Assembly (NCBI GenBank): GCA_035546335.1
Contig: DATKDP010000106.1
Location: forward strand, 85,311-149,310
Direction: 5' to 3'
DNA: 64,000 bases
Origin: Thermoanaerobaculia bacterium
GTDB taxonomy: Bacteria; Acidobacteriota; Thermoanaerobaculia; Gp7-AA8
Below the pieces are notes generated by a model. That model made no database searches and had not been told where the DNA came from. It was given only the letters and a program-made list of their open reading frames with translations. Within the stretch, counting starts at the first letter, position 1; each line of letters opens with the position of its first letter. The position numbers were made by a program, and so were the translations under genes. This document shows positions 55,917-64,000 of this stretch, in pieces.

Positions 55917-57011
55917 CTACACCCACCTGTACGCGATCAGGATCGCCACGAGCACCACGTTGACGATCGCCAGGGGAATGAATACTTTCCATCCGAGTCG
56001 CATCAGCTGATCGTACTTGAATCGCGGCAGAGTCCAGCGTACCCAGACGAAGACGAAAAGAACGATGGAGACCTTCACCACGAAGGCAGCGAGCGAGAGA
56101 AGGAAACCTCCAAAGGTCGCCGGCTCGTCATACCACGGAATGTCCCAGCCGCCGAAAAAGAGAGTGACGATCAGTGCGGACATCGTGGCCATGGCCATGT
56201 ACTCGGCCATGAAGAACATCGCGAACTTCATCGATGAATACTCGGTGTGATAGCCGGCGACGAGCTCTGCCTCCGCTTCCGGCAAATCGAAGGGAAGGCG
56301 GTTCGTCTCGGCGAACGCCGAGGCGGCGAAGATCACGAAACCGAGGAACATCGGGAAGACGTTCCACGCTGGGATGCGAACCGTTTCGAACAGGATGAAG
56401 TAGCCGGTCTGCTGGCTCACGACTTCGGTCAGGCGGAGCGAGCCGGCGGCCATGAGGGTGGCGACGGCGCTGATCGCCAGCGAAAGCTCGTAGGAGATCA
56501 TCTGAGCCGAGGCGCGGATCGATCCGAAGAGAGCGTACTTGTTGTTCGACGACCAGCCCGCCATGACGATTCCGTAGACGCCCATCGAGGCGAGCGCGAA
56601 GATCAGAAGGATGCCGACGTTCACGTCGGCGACGATCGGCTCGAAAAGGCGCCCACCTTCGAATAGCGTGCGCCCGGCGATCGTCGTCTCCGGAATCGTG
56701 AACGATCGTCCCCACGGAACGACCGCGATCGTCGTGACTGCCGGAATGAGGCCGAACATCGGCGCCAGAGTGTAGAGAACCTTGTGCGCCTGAAGGGGAA
56801 TCACGTCTTCCTTCAGAATGAATTTGAGGGCATCGGCGATGGACTGAAAGAGACCGAATGGTCCGACGCGATTCGGTCCCAGCCGGTCCTGAATTAGCGC
56901 GCTGCCGCGCCGCTCGACCCAGACCATGATCGGAGTGACGTTCAGAAGCGCACCGAGAACGATCGCGATCTTGAGCAGGCTGAGGGCGATGTCCGTTGCG
57001 TCGAAGCTCAT
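55917..57011 (-). CDS. nuoH: NADH-quinone oxidoreductase subunit H
   Basis: 364 aa. NuoH/ND1 motifs (VWVERRGSALIQDRLGPNRVGPFGLFQSIADALK). Confidence 0.9.
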   Translation of the reverse strand: MSFDATDIALSLLKIAIVLGALLNVTPIMVWVERRGSALIQDRLGPNRVGPFGLFQSIADALKFILKEDVIPLQAHKVLYTLAPMFGLIPAVTTIAVVPWGRSFTIPETTIAGRTLFEGGRLFEPIVADVNVGILLIFALASMGVYGIVMAGWSSNNKYALFGSIRASAQMISYELSLAISAVATLMAAGSLRLTEVVSQQTGYFILFETVRIPAWNVFPMFLGFVIFAASAFAETNRLPFDLPEAEAELVAGYHTEYSSMKFAMFFMAEYMAMATMSALIVTLFFGGWDIPWYDEPATFGGFLLSLAAFVVKVSIVLFVFVWVRWTLPRFKYDQLMRLGWKVFIPLAIVNVVLVAILIAYRWV

Positions 57012-58618
57012 ACGTTTCCAGGTGTCTGCGCCGCATCCGGCGGCAGCACGCCGAAGCCTTCAGCCTCGTTCCATTCGAGCGTCTGGAATGCGGGGATCGT
57101 CTCGCACATCTCGAAAAAGAGTTGATCGACATCGTCGGCCATCACCAGCTCGGGTGATAGCGCGATTGCCAGTCTGCGGAGAATCTCCAGATCGGTCAGC
57201 GCCTGACCCTTAGGGGGATACGCCTGGTGAATGCGCTGGACCCTTCCCTGCAGATTCGTCCACGTTCCTTCCTTCTCGGCGAAGATCGTCGAAGGAAGGA
57301 CGACGTCGGCGACCTCCGCGAGCGGATGGTTCTCCCACGCATGGACGACGAGGAACGCGGCCCTGCGGAGATTCTCCACCACCTCGGGCTGCTTCGCCCG
57401 CTCGCTGAATGTGACGTCGGCGATGTAGAGCAGGTCGATGCCTTCAGCTCCCCTGGTCATCAGATCCTCGGCGGTTCTTCCGCCGTTCGGTGCGATCCCC
57501 ACGTCGCGGAGCCCGCGGTAGTTCGGCCCGGACTGCGTCCCGAGCAGCCACTCGGTCTTCGACTTCATCCGGATCGGACCGATAGGATCGACCAGCACGT
57601 CGACGTTCGGTGAGCCGAGGTGGTCGATGAAGATCCGCTTGAGAAGGTAGCCTTCTTCGTTGGTCAGTTGGGAGGAGGCGATCGCTGCGATCTGTCCTCC
57701 GGAAGCGGCTTCGATCTTCTCCCGAATCGCCGAGAAGGCCTCGCCCCACGTCGACACCCCGAGGTAGTCGTCACGCCGAACCTTCGGAACGACGACGCGA
57801 TCGGTCTCGTAGCGCTCGTGAGAGAAGCGACCGTAGTCGCAGAGCCAGTGATCATTGACCGCCGGATTCACGCGTGGCCGGTAACGATAGATCTTTCCGC
57901 TGCGGTGCCCGATGAAGATGTTGCAGCCCACGTCGCAGCCGTTGCAGATCGATTCGGTGGTCTCGAGATTCCAGACGCGCGACTCGAAGCGGAACTCGCG
58001 CGTGGTGAGCGCGCCGGTGGGGCAGACGTCGGTCACGCAGGCGCTCATCCAGTTGTCGAGCGGCGTACCGGGGAAGACTCCTACTTCGGTCGAGGCGCCG
58101 CGCCGGAAGAAGGCGAGCTCACTCGTCCCGCTGATCTCGTCGCAGAATCGGATGCACCGCGTGCAGTGGATGCAGCGGTTCATGTTCTGAAGCACGTGCG
58201 GACCGATCGGCGTCCGCTCCATCCCGGGGTAGGTCCTCTTCATCTCGCCGTAGCGCGATGTGACCGTGCCGTAGTTGAAGGCGTAATCCTGCAGAGGGCA
58301 TTCGCCTGCCTTGTCGCAGATGGGGCAGTCGAGCGGATGGTTGATCAGAAGGAACTCCATCTGTCCCTTCCGTGCTTTGTCGACTTTCTCGTTGTAGACG
58401 TGAATCTTCATTCCGTCCTTGACGGGACTCGAGCATCCGGCCTGCAGCTTCGGCATTCCCTCGATCTCGACCAGGCACATGCGGCACTGCCCGACGACGG
58501 TGAGACTGGGGTGATAGCAGAAGTGCGGGACGTGGATGTCGGCGAGTTTCGCGGCTTCGATGACGTTCGTTCCGTCCTCGACTTCGACTTCGATGCCGTC
58601 GATGGTGACTTTGCCCAT
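57008..58618 (-). CDS. nuoG: NADH-quinone oxidoreductase subunit G (short 536-aa form)
   Basis: N-terminal 2Fe-2S (CYHPSLTVVGQCRMC) plus His/Cys 4Fe-4S cluster motifs (HPLDCPICDKAGEC; CIHCTRCIRFC). First gene of the minus-strand nuo cluster. Confidence 0.85.
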   Translation of the reverse strand: MGKVTIDGIEVEVEDGTNVIEAAKLADIHVPHFCYHPSLTVVGQCRMCLVEIEGMPKLQAGCSSPVKDGMKIHVYNEKVDKARKGQMEFLLINHPLDCPICDKAGECPLQDYAFNYGTVTSRYGEMKRTYPGMERTPIGPHVLQNMNRCIHCTRCIRFCDEISGTSELAFFRRGASTEVGVFPGTPLDNWMSACVTDVCPTGALTTREFRFESRVWNLETTESICNGCDVGCNIFIGHRSGKIYRYRPRVNPAVNDHWLCDYGRFSHERYETDRVVVPKVRRDDYLGVSTWGEAFSAIREKIEAASGGQIAAIASSQLTNEEGYLLKRIFIDHLGSPNVDVLVDPIGPIRMKSKTEWLLGTQSGPNYRGLRDVGIAPNGGRTAEDLMTRGAEGIDLLYIADVTFSERAKQPEVVENLRRAAFLVVHAWENHPLAEVADVVLPSTIFAEKEGTWTNLQGRVQRIHQAYPPKGQALTDLEILRRLAIALSPELVMADDVDQLFFEMCETIPAFQTLEWNEAEGFGVLPPDAAQTPGNV

Positions 58619-58718
58619 TGGAAGCTTTCTCAGGTCGCCGCAGCGGGATTCGAGAAGGTCTCGGGGTCTGTGGCTGGGATCTTCGGGTCGAGTCCGGCCC
58701 GGTGTCTGAAGAAGCCGG

Positions 58719-58738
58719 GCGTGAAAAATTTCACAAGT
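58719..58738. promoter_or_regulatory. candidate Rex operator upstream of nuoG (GCGTGAAAAATTTCACAAG)
   Basis: 15/18 match to the Rex consensus TTGTGAA-N4-TTCACAA. Palindromic half-sites GTGAA/TTCAC. Lies about 100 bp upstream of the nuoG start codon. Confidence 0.5.
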
Positions 58739-58802
58739 GCGGAGAATACTCGTTTAGAGGGGTGTGGTCAACGCTGCACTCGTGCCCGCAAACCCTGACG
58801 TT

Positions 58803-59075
58803 CCTCGTAGGAACGAAGCATTTGCGCGAGGGACAGAGCAGGAGGCTTGCGAAGCCGCAACGAAGCGCAATAGCTTCGTGCGGGTGCTTGCCATCAGCTA
58901 ACCAACGCCTCCAGGGAGAGCGGGCGTCCCGCGCCCGCCCCGGGTGGGAGGGCGGCGCGAAATCGCCGGTGCGAATGTCACAGGTTCGCAAGCACCCGGG
59001 CGAAGCTATTGCGCTTCGCTCCGGTACTGCGAGCCTGTCGGCACGGCCCTCGCGCAAATGCTTCGCCCCTACGAA
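58803..59075. mobile_element. MITE-like ~270-bp palindromic element, copy 2 (about 90% identical to 13295..13565), in divergent nuoG / PPIase promoter region
   Basis: cctcgtaggaacgaagcatttgcgcgaggg ... REP core 58914-58941 ... cgcgcaaatgcttcgcccctacgaaaa. The same terminal inverted repeats and internal arms as copy 1. Confidence 0.6.
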
Positions 59076-59195
59076 AACCCGATGGATCTGCCCGCGAAGG
59101 GCGCAGCCCCAGAATTAACATCGCCGCTTCCCTGTTGCGCTCCAGAGCCGTCATGTGTCGCCAGCGACACTGCAGCCGGTGAATACGAGTCAGGA

Positions 59196-60275
59196 ATGAA
59201 TGTGAACGAAACGATGAGCCCGAATGATGAGAACGAACAGGTCCCGCAGACCGAGCCCCGGCCGGACGAGGCCTCTGAGCCGGTCGTCGAAGTGAGCGCT
59301 GGCGCTGGTGACGCACCAGGGTTCAATTACGATCGGGACCAGGAGCCCGGCCCGATGCGCCTGATCGCGGTCGTGGTGGGATTGATCGTGGTGATCGGTG
59401 CAATCTGGTGGGCGGTATCCAATCGAAAAGGGGAGACCGCACCGCCGGTTGCCGGACAGACTGCTGGAACGTCGGAGAAGAAAGAGGATGCGGTCATCGC
59501 GACCGTGGACGGCATTCCGATCCGCATGTCGGAGTTCGAGGCCGCCGTCCAGACGATTCCCGAGCAGATGCGAGCTCCGCTGGCGACGCCCGCGGGTCGG
59601 GCTCGCATGATCGAGGAGCTGGTCCGGCTGAAGCTTCTGGAGCGTGAGGCGAAAGCGCTCGACGTCGAGAAGGAGCCTGCCATCGCCGCACAGCTGTCGA
59701 TTGCGCGCGGCAACATCCTGGCGAACGCCGCCCTCGAGCGGCTGGTCAAACAGCAGGGGAGTCAAACTCTCGAGCAGCTCTACGAGAGGAACAAGAAGGA
59801 GTTCGAGACGTTGAAGGCCCGCCAGATCGTCATTGCCTACCAGGGTGGGCTCGTTCCTGCCAGGGCGGGCCAGGCGCCGGGAGAGGAGCAGGCGAGGGCA
59901 CGCGCAGCAGGTCTGGTCGAGCGGCTGCGCGGCGGGGCCGATTTCGAATCGTTGGCCAAAAAGGAATCGGATGAGCCTGGTGTCGCACAGACCGGAGGCT
60001 CGATCGGCGAGGTGTCTCACGACAGCCTGCCGCCGGAAATCGACAGCGCGCTCTTCGCTCTTCCTGTGAATCAGATCAGCGATCCGGTGAAATCACGTTA
60101 CGCGTACCATATTTTTCAGGTGACGGAGAAGGAAGCGAAGACGTTCGAGGAGGTCAAGCCGTTTCTCGAGCAGCGCGGCGAGAGCCTGCGCGCCCGCGAG
60201 ATCATCGAAGGTCTGGCAGGAAAGGCGAAGATCGAGTACAAACATCCCGATTTCACGCCGCCGTCGACGAATTAG
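59196..60275 (+). CDS. SurA/PrsA-like peptidyl-prolyl cis-trans isomerase (parvulin domain) with N-terminal TM anchor
   Basis: Start MNVNETMSPN after the MITE. TM helix MRLIAVVVGLIVVIGAIWWAV. SurA-N-like chaperone region. Parvulin motif (QIVIAYQG...GGSIGEVSHDSLPPEIDSALFAL...YHIFQV). Confidence 0.7.
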   Translation: MNVNETMSPNDENEQVPQTEPRPDEASEPVVEVSAGAGDAPGFNYDRDQEPGPMRLIAVVVGLIVVIGAIWWAVSNRKGETAPPVAGQTAGTSEKKEDAVIATVDGIPIRMSEFEAAVQTIPEQMRAPLATPAGRARMIEELVRLKLLEREAKALDVEKEPAIAAQLSIARGNILANAALERLVKQQGSQTLEQLYERNKKEFETLKARQIVIAYQGGLVPARAGQAPGEEQARARAAGLVERLRGGADFESLAKKESDEPGVAQTGGSIGEVSHDSLPPEIDSALFALPVNQISDPVKSRYAYHIFQVTEKEAKTFEEVKPFLEQRGESLRAREIIEGLAGKAKIEYKHPDFTPPSTN

Positions 60276-60348
60276 CTTTTCTCCAGCGACCGCGTATCTT
60301 CTACAATGGTCGAGGGTCGTCCCTCCGGCCGTCCGTTTCTGCGAGATC

Positions 60349-60711
60349 ATGATGCGAAAAATTCTGGTCGTCGAAGACAACGAGATGAACATGCAGCTCG
60401 TCGAGTATCTGCTCGAGGAGGGAGGCTTCGCGATTCTGAAGGCTACGAGCGGTGAGGAAGCCCTTCGCGTCGCCTCGGACGAAACTCCCGACCTGATCCT
60501 CATGGACATTCACCTTCCCGGAATGGACGGGCTGACTGTCGTGCGAGAGATGAAGGTGGACGAGCGGACCAGAACGATTCCAATCCTCGCCCTCACCGCC
60601 CATGCCATGCGCGGGGATCGCGATCGCTTTCTCGATGCAGGCTGCGACGGCTACATTTCGAAGCCGATCGACGTGAAGACCTTCATTTCGTCACTCGAAA
60701 AGTTCCTCTGA
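60349..60711 (+). CDS. single-domain response regulator (CheY-like)
   Basis: MMRKILVVEDNEMN ... DLILMDIHLPGMDG ... KPID. 120 aa, no output domain. Confidence 0.8.
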   Translation: MMRKILVVEDNEMNMQLVEYLLEEGGFAILKATSGEEALRVASDETPDLILMDIHLPGMDGLTVVREMKVDERTRTIPILALTAHAMRGDRDRFLDAGCDGYISKPIDVKTFISSLEKFL

Positions 60712-60799
60712 GCCGCCGGTTCCCACGGCGGAGCGCGACTGTTGCCGCTGGCCGGAAGCTGGGATACACTCTGCCTCGCTCCCGGAGGGCGCTTCAGAG

Positions 60800-61141
60800 T
60801 TGAACATCATCAGGAATCGGGTCAACGACGTCACGGTGCTCGACATCCAGGGTGTCATCAAACTGGGTGAGAGCGCGCGCGAGTTCTCGAGCTATCTCGA
60901 GAAAGTGCTCAACGACGAGACCGGTCCGGTGATGATCAACTTCGAGTCGATCAACTACATGGATTCGACCGGGCTGGGCGAGCTGATCGGCTATCTTCAG
61001 AAGTTCGAAGACCGGCAGAGGAAGATGGCGCTGGTCAAACCGTCGCATCGCATCCTCGCGCTGCTGAAGATCACCAAGCTCGACACCGTATTCAAGATCT
61101 TCGAGTCGCGCGACGACGCGCTGGTGTACCTCCAGGCCTGA
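60800..61141 (+). CDS. STAS-domain anti-sigma-factor antagonist (SpoIIAA-like)
   Basis: TTG start with GGAGGG RBS. VLDIQGVIKLGESAREF ... INYMDSTGLGELIG ... KITKLDTVFKIFESRDDAL matches the STAS fold with the phosphorylatable Ser/Thr (DST). Confidence 0.7.
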   Translation: MNIIRNRVNDVTVLDIQGVIKLGESAREFSSYLEKVLNDETGPVMINFESINYMDSTGLGELIGYLQKFEDRQRKMALVKPSHRILALLKITKLDTVFKIFESRDDALVYLQA

Positions 61142-61152
61142 AGCGCTGCCCA

Positions 61153-61179
61153 GGGGAGAGCGGGCGTCCCGCGCCTGCC
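61153..61179. repeat. REP-like palindromic core copy immediately after the STAS gene stop (terminator-like position)
   Basis: ggggagagcgggcgtcccgcgcctgcc, with one mismatch in the 3' arm. Confidence 0.7.
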
Positions 61180-61310
61180 TCTGTTCCATCCGCGATGATG
61201 TAACCTGCGACACCGGCGCCGAAGATTCCACGCGCGCAGCCTGCCACGCGGTTGATTAATCGCTTCACGCCATGTAGCATTTGCCGGCTTCTTGCATCGC
61301 CGCATACAGC

Positions 61311-61688
61311 ATGACCGAGTCCTTCGTACCTATTCTCATTCTCCTGGTCATAGCGGCCGGTCTCGGCACGGTGCTCCTCGCACTCGCCTGGTTCGTGGGT
61401 CGCCACCAGAGGAATCCGTCCAAGCTTTCACCCTATGAGAGCGGTGTTCCGCTCGTTGGTGGCGCCCGAAAGCGCCTCAACGTGCGCTTCTATCAGATCG
61501 CGATGCTCTTCATCCTGTTCGACATCGAAGCAGCCTTCTTCTACCCCTGGGCCGTGATCTATCGCGAGGCGACGATCACCGTGAGCGGGGTGAGCTGGTT
61601 TCTTTTCGGCGAGATGGCCGTTTTCATCCTGCTCCTCGGTGCCGGGTACGCCTACGTCTGGAAGAAGAGGACCCTCGACTGGAAGTGA
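61311..61688 (+). CDS. nuoA: NADH-quinone oxidoreductase subunit A
   Basis: 125 aa. KLSPYESG ... FYQIAMLFILFDIEAAFFYPWAV are the typical NuoA/ND3 motifs. Confidence 0.85.
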   Translation: MTESFVPILILLVIAAGLGTVLLALAWFVGRHQRNPSKLSPYESGVPLVGGARKRLNVRFYQIAMLFILFDIEAAFFYPWAVIYREATITVSGVSWFLFGEMAVFILLLGAGYAYVWKKRTLDWK

Positions 61689-62221
61689 CGATGGCAGAGC
61701 TTCAGCCGGAAAATCCCTACGCGCCCGATCGTTTTCCCGATCCTGCAAAGAAGGTGGAATTCTCACTCGAGGCGAAGCGCCGTTTCGACGATCTGCTTCC
61801 GCGATATCCGACGAGGATGGCTGTGTTGCTGCCGACACTTCACCTCGCCCAGGAAGAATGGGGGTGGATCTCGCCCGAAGTCGTCGTCTATGTCGCCGAT
61901 CTTCTCGAGCTTTCGCCGGCGACCGTCTTCGGCGTCGTGTCGTTCTACAACATGTACAACCAGAGGCCGGTCGGGAAGTACCATCTCCAGGTCTGCACGA
62001 ATCTGAGCTGTATGCTCGGCGGCGCGTACGACATCTACGACCGGCTGCAGGAGAAGCTCGGGATCGCTCCCGGAGAGACGACCGCCGACGGCCGGTTCAC
62101 CCTGGTCGAGGTCGAGTGCCTCGGGTCCTGCGACACGGCTCCCGTCGTCCAGGTGAACAACGACTATCACGAAGGGCTGACCATGGAGACGACCGAACGG
62201 CTCGTCGATGGTCTGAAATAG
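61685..62221 (+). CDS. nuoE: NADH-quinone oxidoreductase subunit E (24 kDa, 2Fe-2S)
   Basis: GTG start overlapping the nuoA stop. SFYNMY ... CTNLSCMLGGAYDIY ... ECLGSCDTAPVVQVN cluster-binding cysteines. Confidence 0.9.
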   Translation: MTMAELQPENPYAPDRFPDPAKKVEFSLEAKRRFDDLLPRYPTRMAVLLPTLHLAQEEWGWISPEVVVYVADLLELSPATVFGVVSFYNMYNQRPVGKYHLQVCTNLSCMLGGAYDIYDRLQEKLGIAPGETTADGRFTLVEVECLGSCDTAPVVQVNNDYHEGLTMETTERLVDGLK

Positions 62222-62225
62222 CTTC

Positions 62226-63533
62226 ATGGACCCCATCAAAGTACTGACGGCGAACATCGACAAGCCGGACTCGACGTCGATCGATACGTATATCGACGGC
62301 GGCGGCTATGAAGCGCTGAAGAAGGCGCTCTCGATGACTCCTGTCGCGGTGACTGAGGAAGTGAAGAGCTCCGAGCTCCGCGGACGCGGCGGCGCCGGGT
62401 TTCCCACCGGGATGAAGTGGTCCTTCGTTCCGAAGAACGCGCCGAAGCCGACGTATCTGCTGTGCAATGCGGACGAGTCGGAGCCGGGCACGTTCAAGGA
62501 TCGGTTGCTCATCGAACGGGATCCGCATCTTCTCCTCGAGGGAATGATCATCTCGGCATACGCCATCGGCTCCTGCTCGATGGCTTACATCTACATCCGC
62601 GGCGAATTCCATTACGGCGCGACGGTGCTCGAGAAAGCGATGTCCGAGGCGCGCGAGCGGGGTTTTCTCGGAACGAACATTCTCGGGAGTGGCTTCGATC
62701 TCGACATCACCGTTCACCGCGGTGCCGGGGCGTACATCTGCGGCGAGGAGACCGGACTGATCGAGTCGCTCGAAGGAAAGAGGGGACAGCCGCGCGTCAA
62801 GCCGCCGTTCCCGGCGATCGTGGGCGTGTTCGGAGGACCGACCGTCGTCAACAACGTCGAGACCCTGGCCTGCGTGCCGCTGATCATCGGCCGTGGCGCC
62901 GATTGGTTCAAGAGCTTCGGCATCCCGAAGAACACCGGGCCAAAGCTCTACTGCGTTTCCGGTCACGTGAAGAAACCGGGCGTGTACGAGTTCCCGATGA
63001 CGATCAACCTGAAAGAGCTCCTCTACGAACACTGCGGCGGGATCACCGACGATCGTCCGCTGAAGGCGGTGATCCCGGGAGGCGCTTCGGCTCCGATGCT
63101 GACGCCCGACGAGATCGATCTGCCTCTGACCTTCGACGCCGTCATGAAGGCGGGATCGATGCTCGGCTCCGCGGCGATCATCGTGATGAACGACAGCGTT
63201 TGCATCGTCGACGCCGTCTGGCGGCTGGCGAAGTTCTTCGCTCACGAGTCGTGCGGGCAGTGCACCCCGTGCCGGGAGGGGACGCATTGGATGGAGGCGA
63301 TTCTCGATCGCATCGAGCGGGGCGAAGGGCGTCAGCAGGACGCCGACCTGCTCCTCGATATGGCAGACAACATCGGAGGCAAGTCGCTCTGCGCTCTCGG
63401 GGATGCCGCGATCGGGCCTGTGATCTCGTCGGTGAAGAAGTTCCGCGACGAGTTTCTCCACCACGTCACGCATAAGAGCTGCCTTCCGGGAACGAAGCGC
63501 TACCGCCGCCTCGGCGCGGTTGCGGCGCATTGA
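62226..63533 (+). CDS. nuoF: NADH-quinone oxidoreductase subunit F (51 kDa, FMN/NADH site)
   Basis: GRGGAGFPTGMKW FMN motif. ESCGQCTPCREG 4Fe-4S motif. Confidence 0.9.
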   Translation: MDPIKVLTANIDKPDSTSIDTYIDGGGYEALKKALSMTPVAVTEEVKSSELRGRGGAGFPTGMKWSFVPKNAPKPTYLLCNADESEPGTFKDRLLIERDPHLLLEGMIISAYAIGSCSMAYIYIRGEFHYGATVLEKAMSEARERGFLGTNILGSGFDLDITVHRGAGAYICGEETGLIESLEGKRGQPRVKPPFPAIVGVFGGPTVVNNVETLACVPLIIGRGADWFKSFGIPKNTGPKLYCVSGHVKKPGVYEFPMTINLKELLYEHCGGITDDRPLKAVIPGGASAPMLTPDEIDLPLTFDAVMKAGSMLGSAAIIVMNDSVCIVDAVWRLAKFFAHESCGQCTPCREGTHWMEAILDRIERGEGRQQDADLLLDMADNIGGKSLCALGDAAIGPVISSVKKFRDEFLHHVTHKSCLPGTKRYRRLGAVAAH

Positions 63534-63554
63534 TGGTCTGTCAGCAGGATCTGT

Positions 63555-63612
63555 GGCCGAAGATTCCGATCTTCGGCCCGGTGACGGGCTACGGTGTGAA
63601 TGATCGGGACGG
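63555..63612. repeat. terminator-like hairpin repeat GGCCGAAGATTCCGATCTTCGGCC plus flank, copy 2, directly 3' of nuoF
   Basis: Perfect 9-bp stem with a 6-nt loop, 22 nt after the nuoF stop. Homologous to 30560..30632. Confidence 0.65.
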
Positions 63613-63724
63613 TCTTCGCGGACTCACCTGCGACTGGGCTGCTATGGACCAGAGGGGAGATCCCTCGCCTTCCCGCCCGCCCATCCGCTCGGGATGACGA
63701 CAGCAGGTTCATTTTGTTTTCACA

Positions 63725-64000
63725 TCACCTGCAGGCGACCAGCGTTTCCCTCGCCACCGTGGCCGCGACCTGCTCGGTGGCGTTGAGGGCTCGCGACTGT
63801 CGCGAGCAGCACTTCGCTGCGTCTGCAGGAGGCAGCAGTGTGTTGGCCGGTGCGCAGTAGAGATTGAACTCGACCGTGCCCGTGCCGTTCGTGCGCTGGA
63901 AGTCGGCGTTGCGTCTCCAGTTGAGGCCTTTGGAAACGAGTCTCAGCGCCTTGTTCCATGAGGCGACGCAATTTCCGTCATGCCCCGTCACGGCATCCAG
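63725..64000 (-). CDS. possible 3' end of a gene whose start lies beyond the window; hypothetical
   Basis: Open frame on the minus strand running to the window edge (…NWRRNADFQRTNGTGTVEFNLYCAPANT…). No recognisable motif. Could be non-coding. Confidence 0.2.
   Translation of the reverse strand: MDAVTGHDGNCVASWNKALRLVSKGLNWRRNADFQRTNGTGTVEFNLYCAPANTLLPPADAAKCCSRQSRALNATEQVAATVARETLVACR

Noticed and set aside
61240-61300. Second Rex operator upstream of nuoA (ttgattaatcgcttcac)
   Set aside because: Only one good half-site (TTCAC). Too weak to report as a feature.
1-64000. Insertion sequences, integrases, phage genes, toxin-antitoxin pairs, rRNA/tRNA genes
   Set aside because: I found no transposase, integrase or phage-structural motifs and no tRNA-like cloverleaf candidates on reading through. 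The mobile-looking DNA here consists only of non-autonomous hairpin repeats.

Overview
This is a high-GC (about 65-70%) stretch of bacterial chromosome that is almost entirely coding. I found no rRNA, tRNA, CRISPR array, transposase or integrase. The gene content suggests a free-living soil-type bacterium, plausibly an Acidobacteria-like organism, but that is a guess from gene content.

Main content, left to right:
- The 3' end of a Rieske oxygenase alpha subunit gene (1..444).
- A locus holding two paralogous ~900-aa polytopic membrane proteins with C-terminal DUF4214 domains. Between and beside them sit an M20 peptidase, apaG with a lipoprotein, a GH63-like glycosidase and a saccharopine-dehydrogenase-family gene.
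- An SSS transporter and a PIG-L-like deacetylase.
- A secreted HMA-thioredoxin fusion protein.
- arfB and a c-type cytochrome.
- An MdtABC-like efflux operon: one membrane-fusion protein followed by two RND permeases.
- A rhodanese lipoprotein interrupted by an in-frame TGA.
- M28 and M20 peptidases.
- A KAS-II / SAM-methyltransferase / geranylgeranyl-reductase-like / response-regulator operon.
- An ATP-grasp plus Zn-peptidase pair.
- A GAF-GGDEF protein, glnII, an ABC substrate-binding protein and an AlkP-family phosphodiesterase.
- A GAF-PP2C phosphatase, a class IV aminotransferase and rex.
- A split complex I locus: nuoG-H-J-K-(unknown ORF)-L-M-N-rex on the minus strand, with nuoA-E-F on the plus strand. 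nuoB, C, D and I are absent from the window. A strong Rex operator sits upstream of nuoG.

The most unusual feature is the intergenic DNA. It is densely populated by at least six families of palindromic or hairpin repeats:
- A 26-30 bp REP-like core, GGGAGAGCGGGCG-TCCCG-CGCCCGCC, present at least 6 times.
- A ~270-bp MITE-like palindromic element with terminal inverted repeats, two near-identical copies 45 kb apart.
- A ~115-bp hairpin element, two copies.
- Two terminator-like double-hairpin families.
- Composite simple-sequence inverted-repeat blocks that exactly bracket the GH63 gene.

Many long antisense ORFs in the six-frame track are GC artefacts and were rejected.
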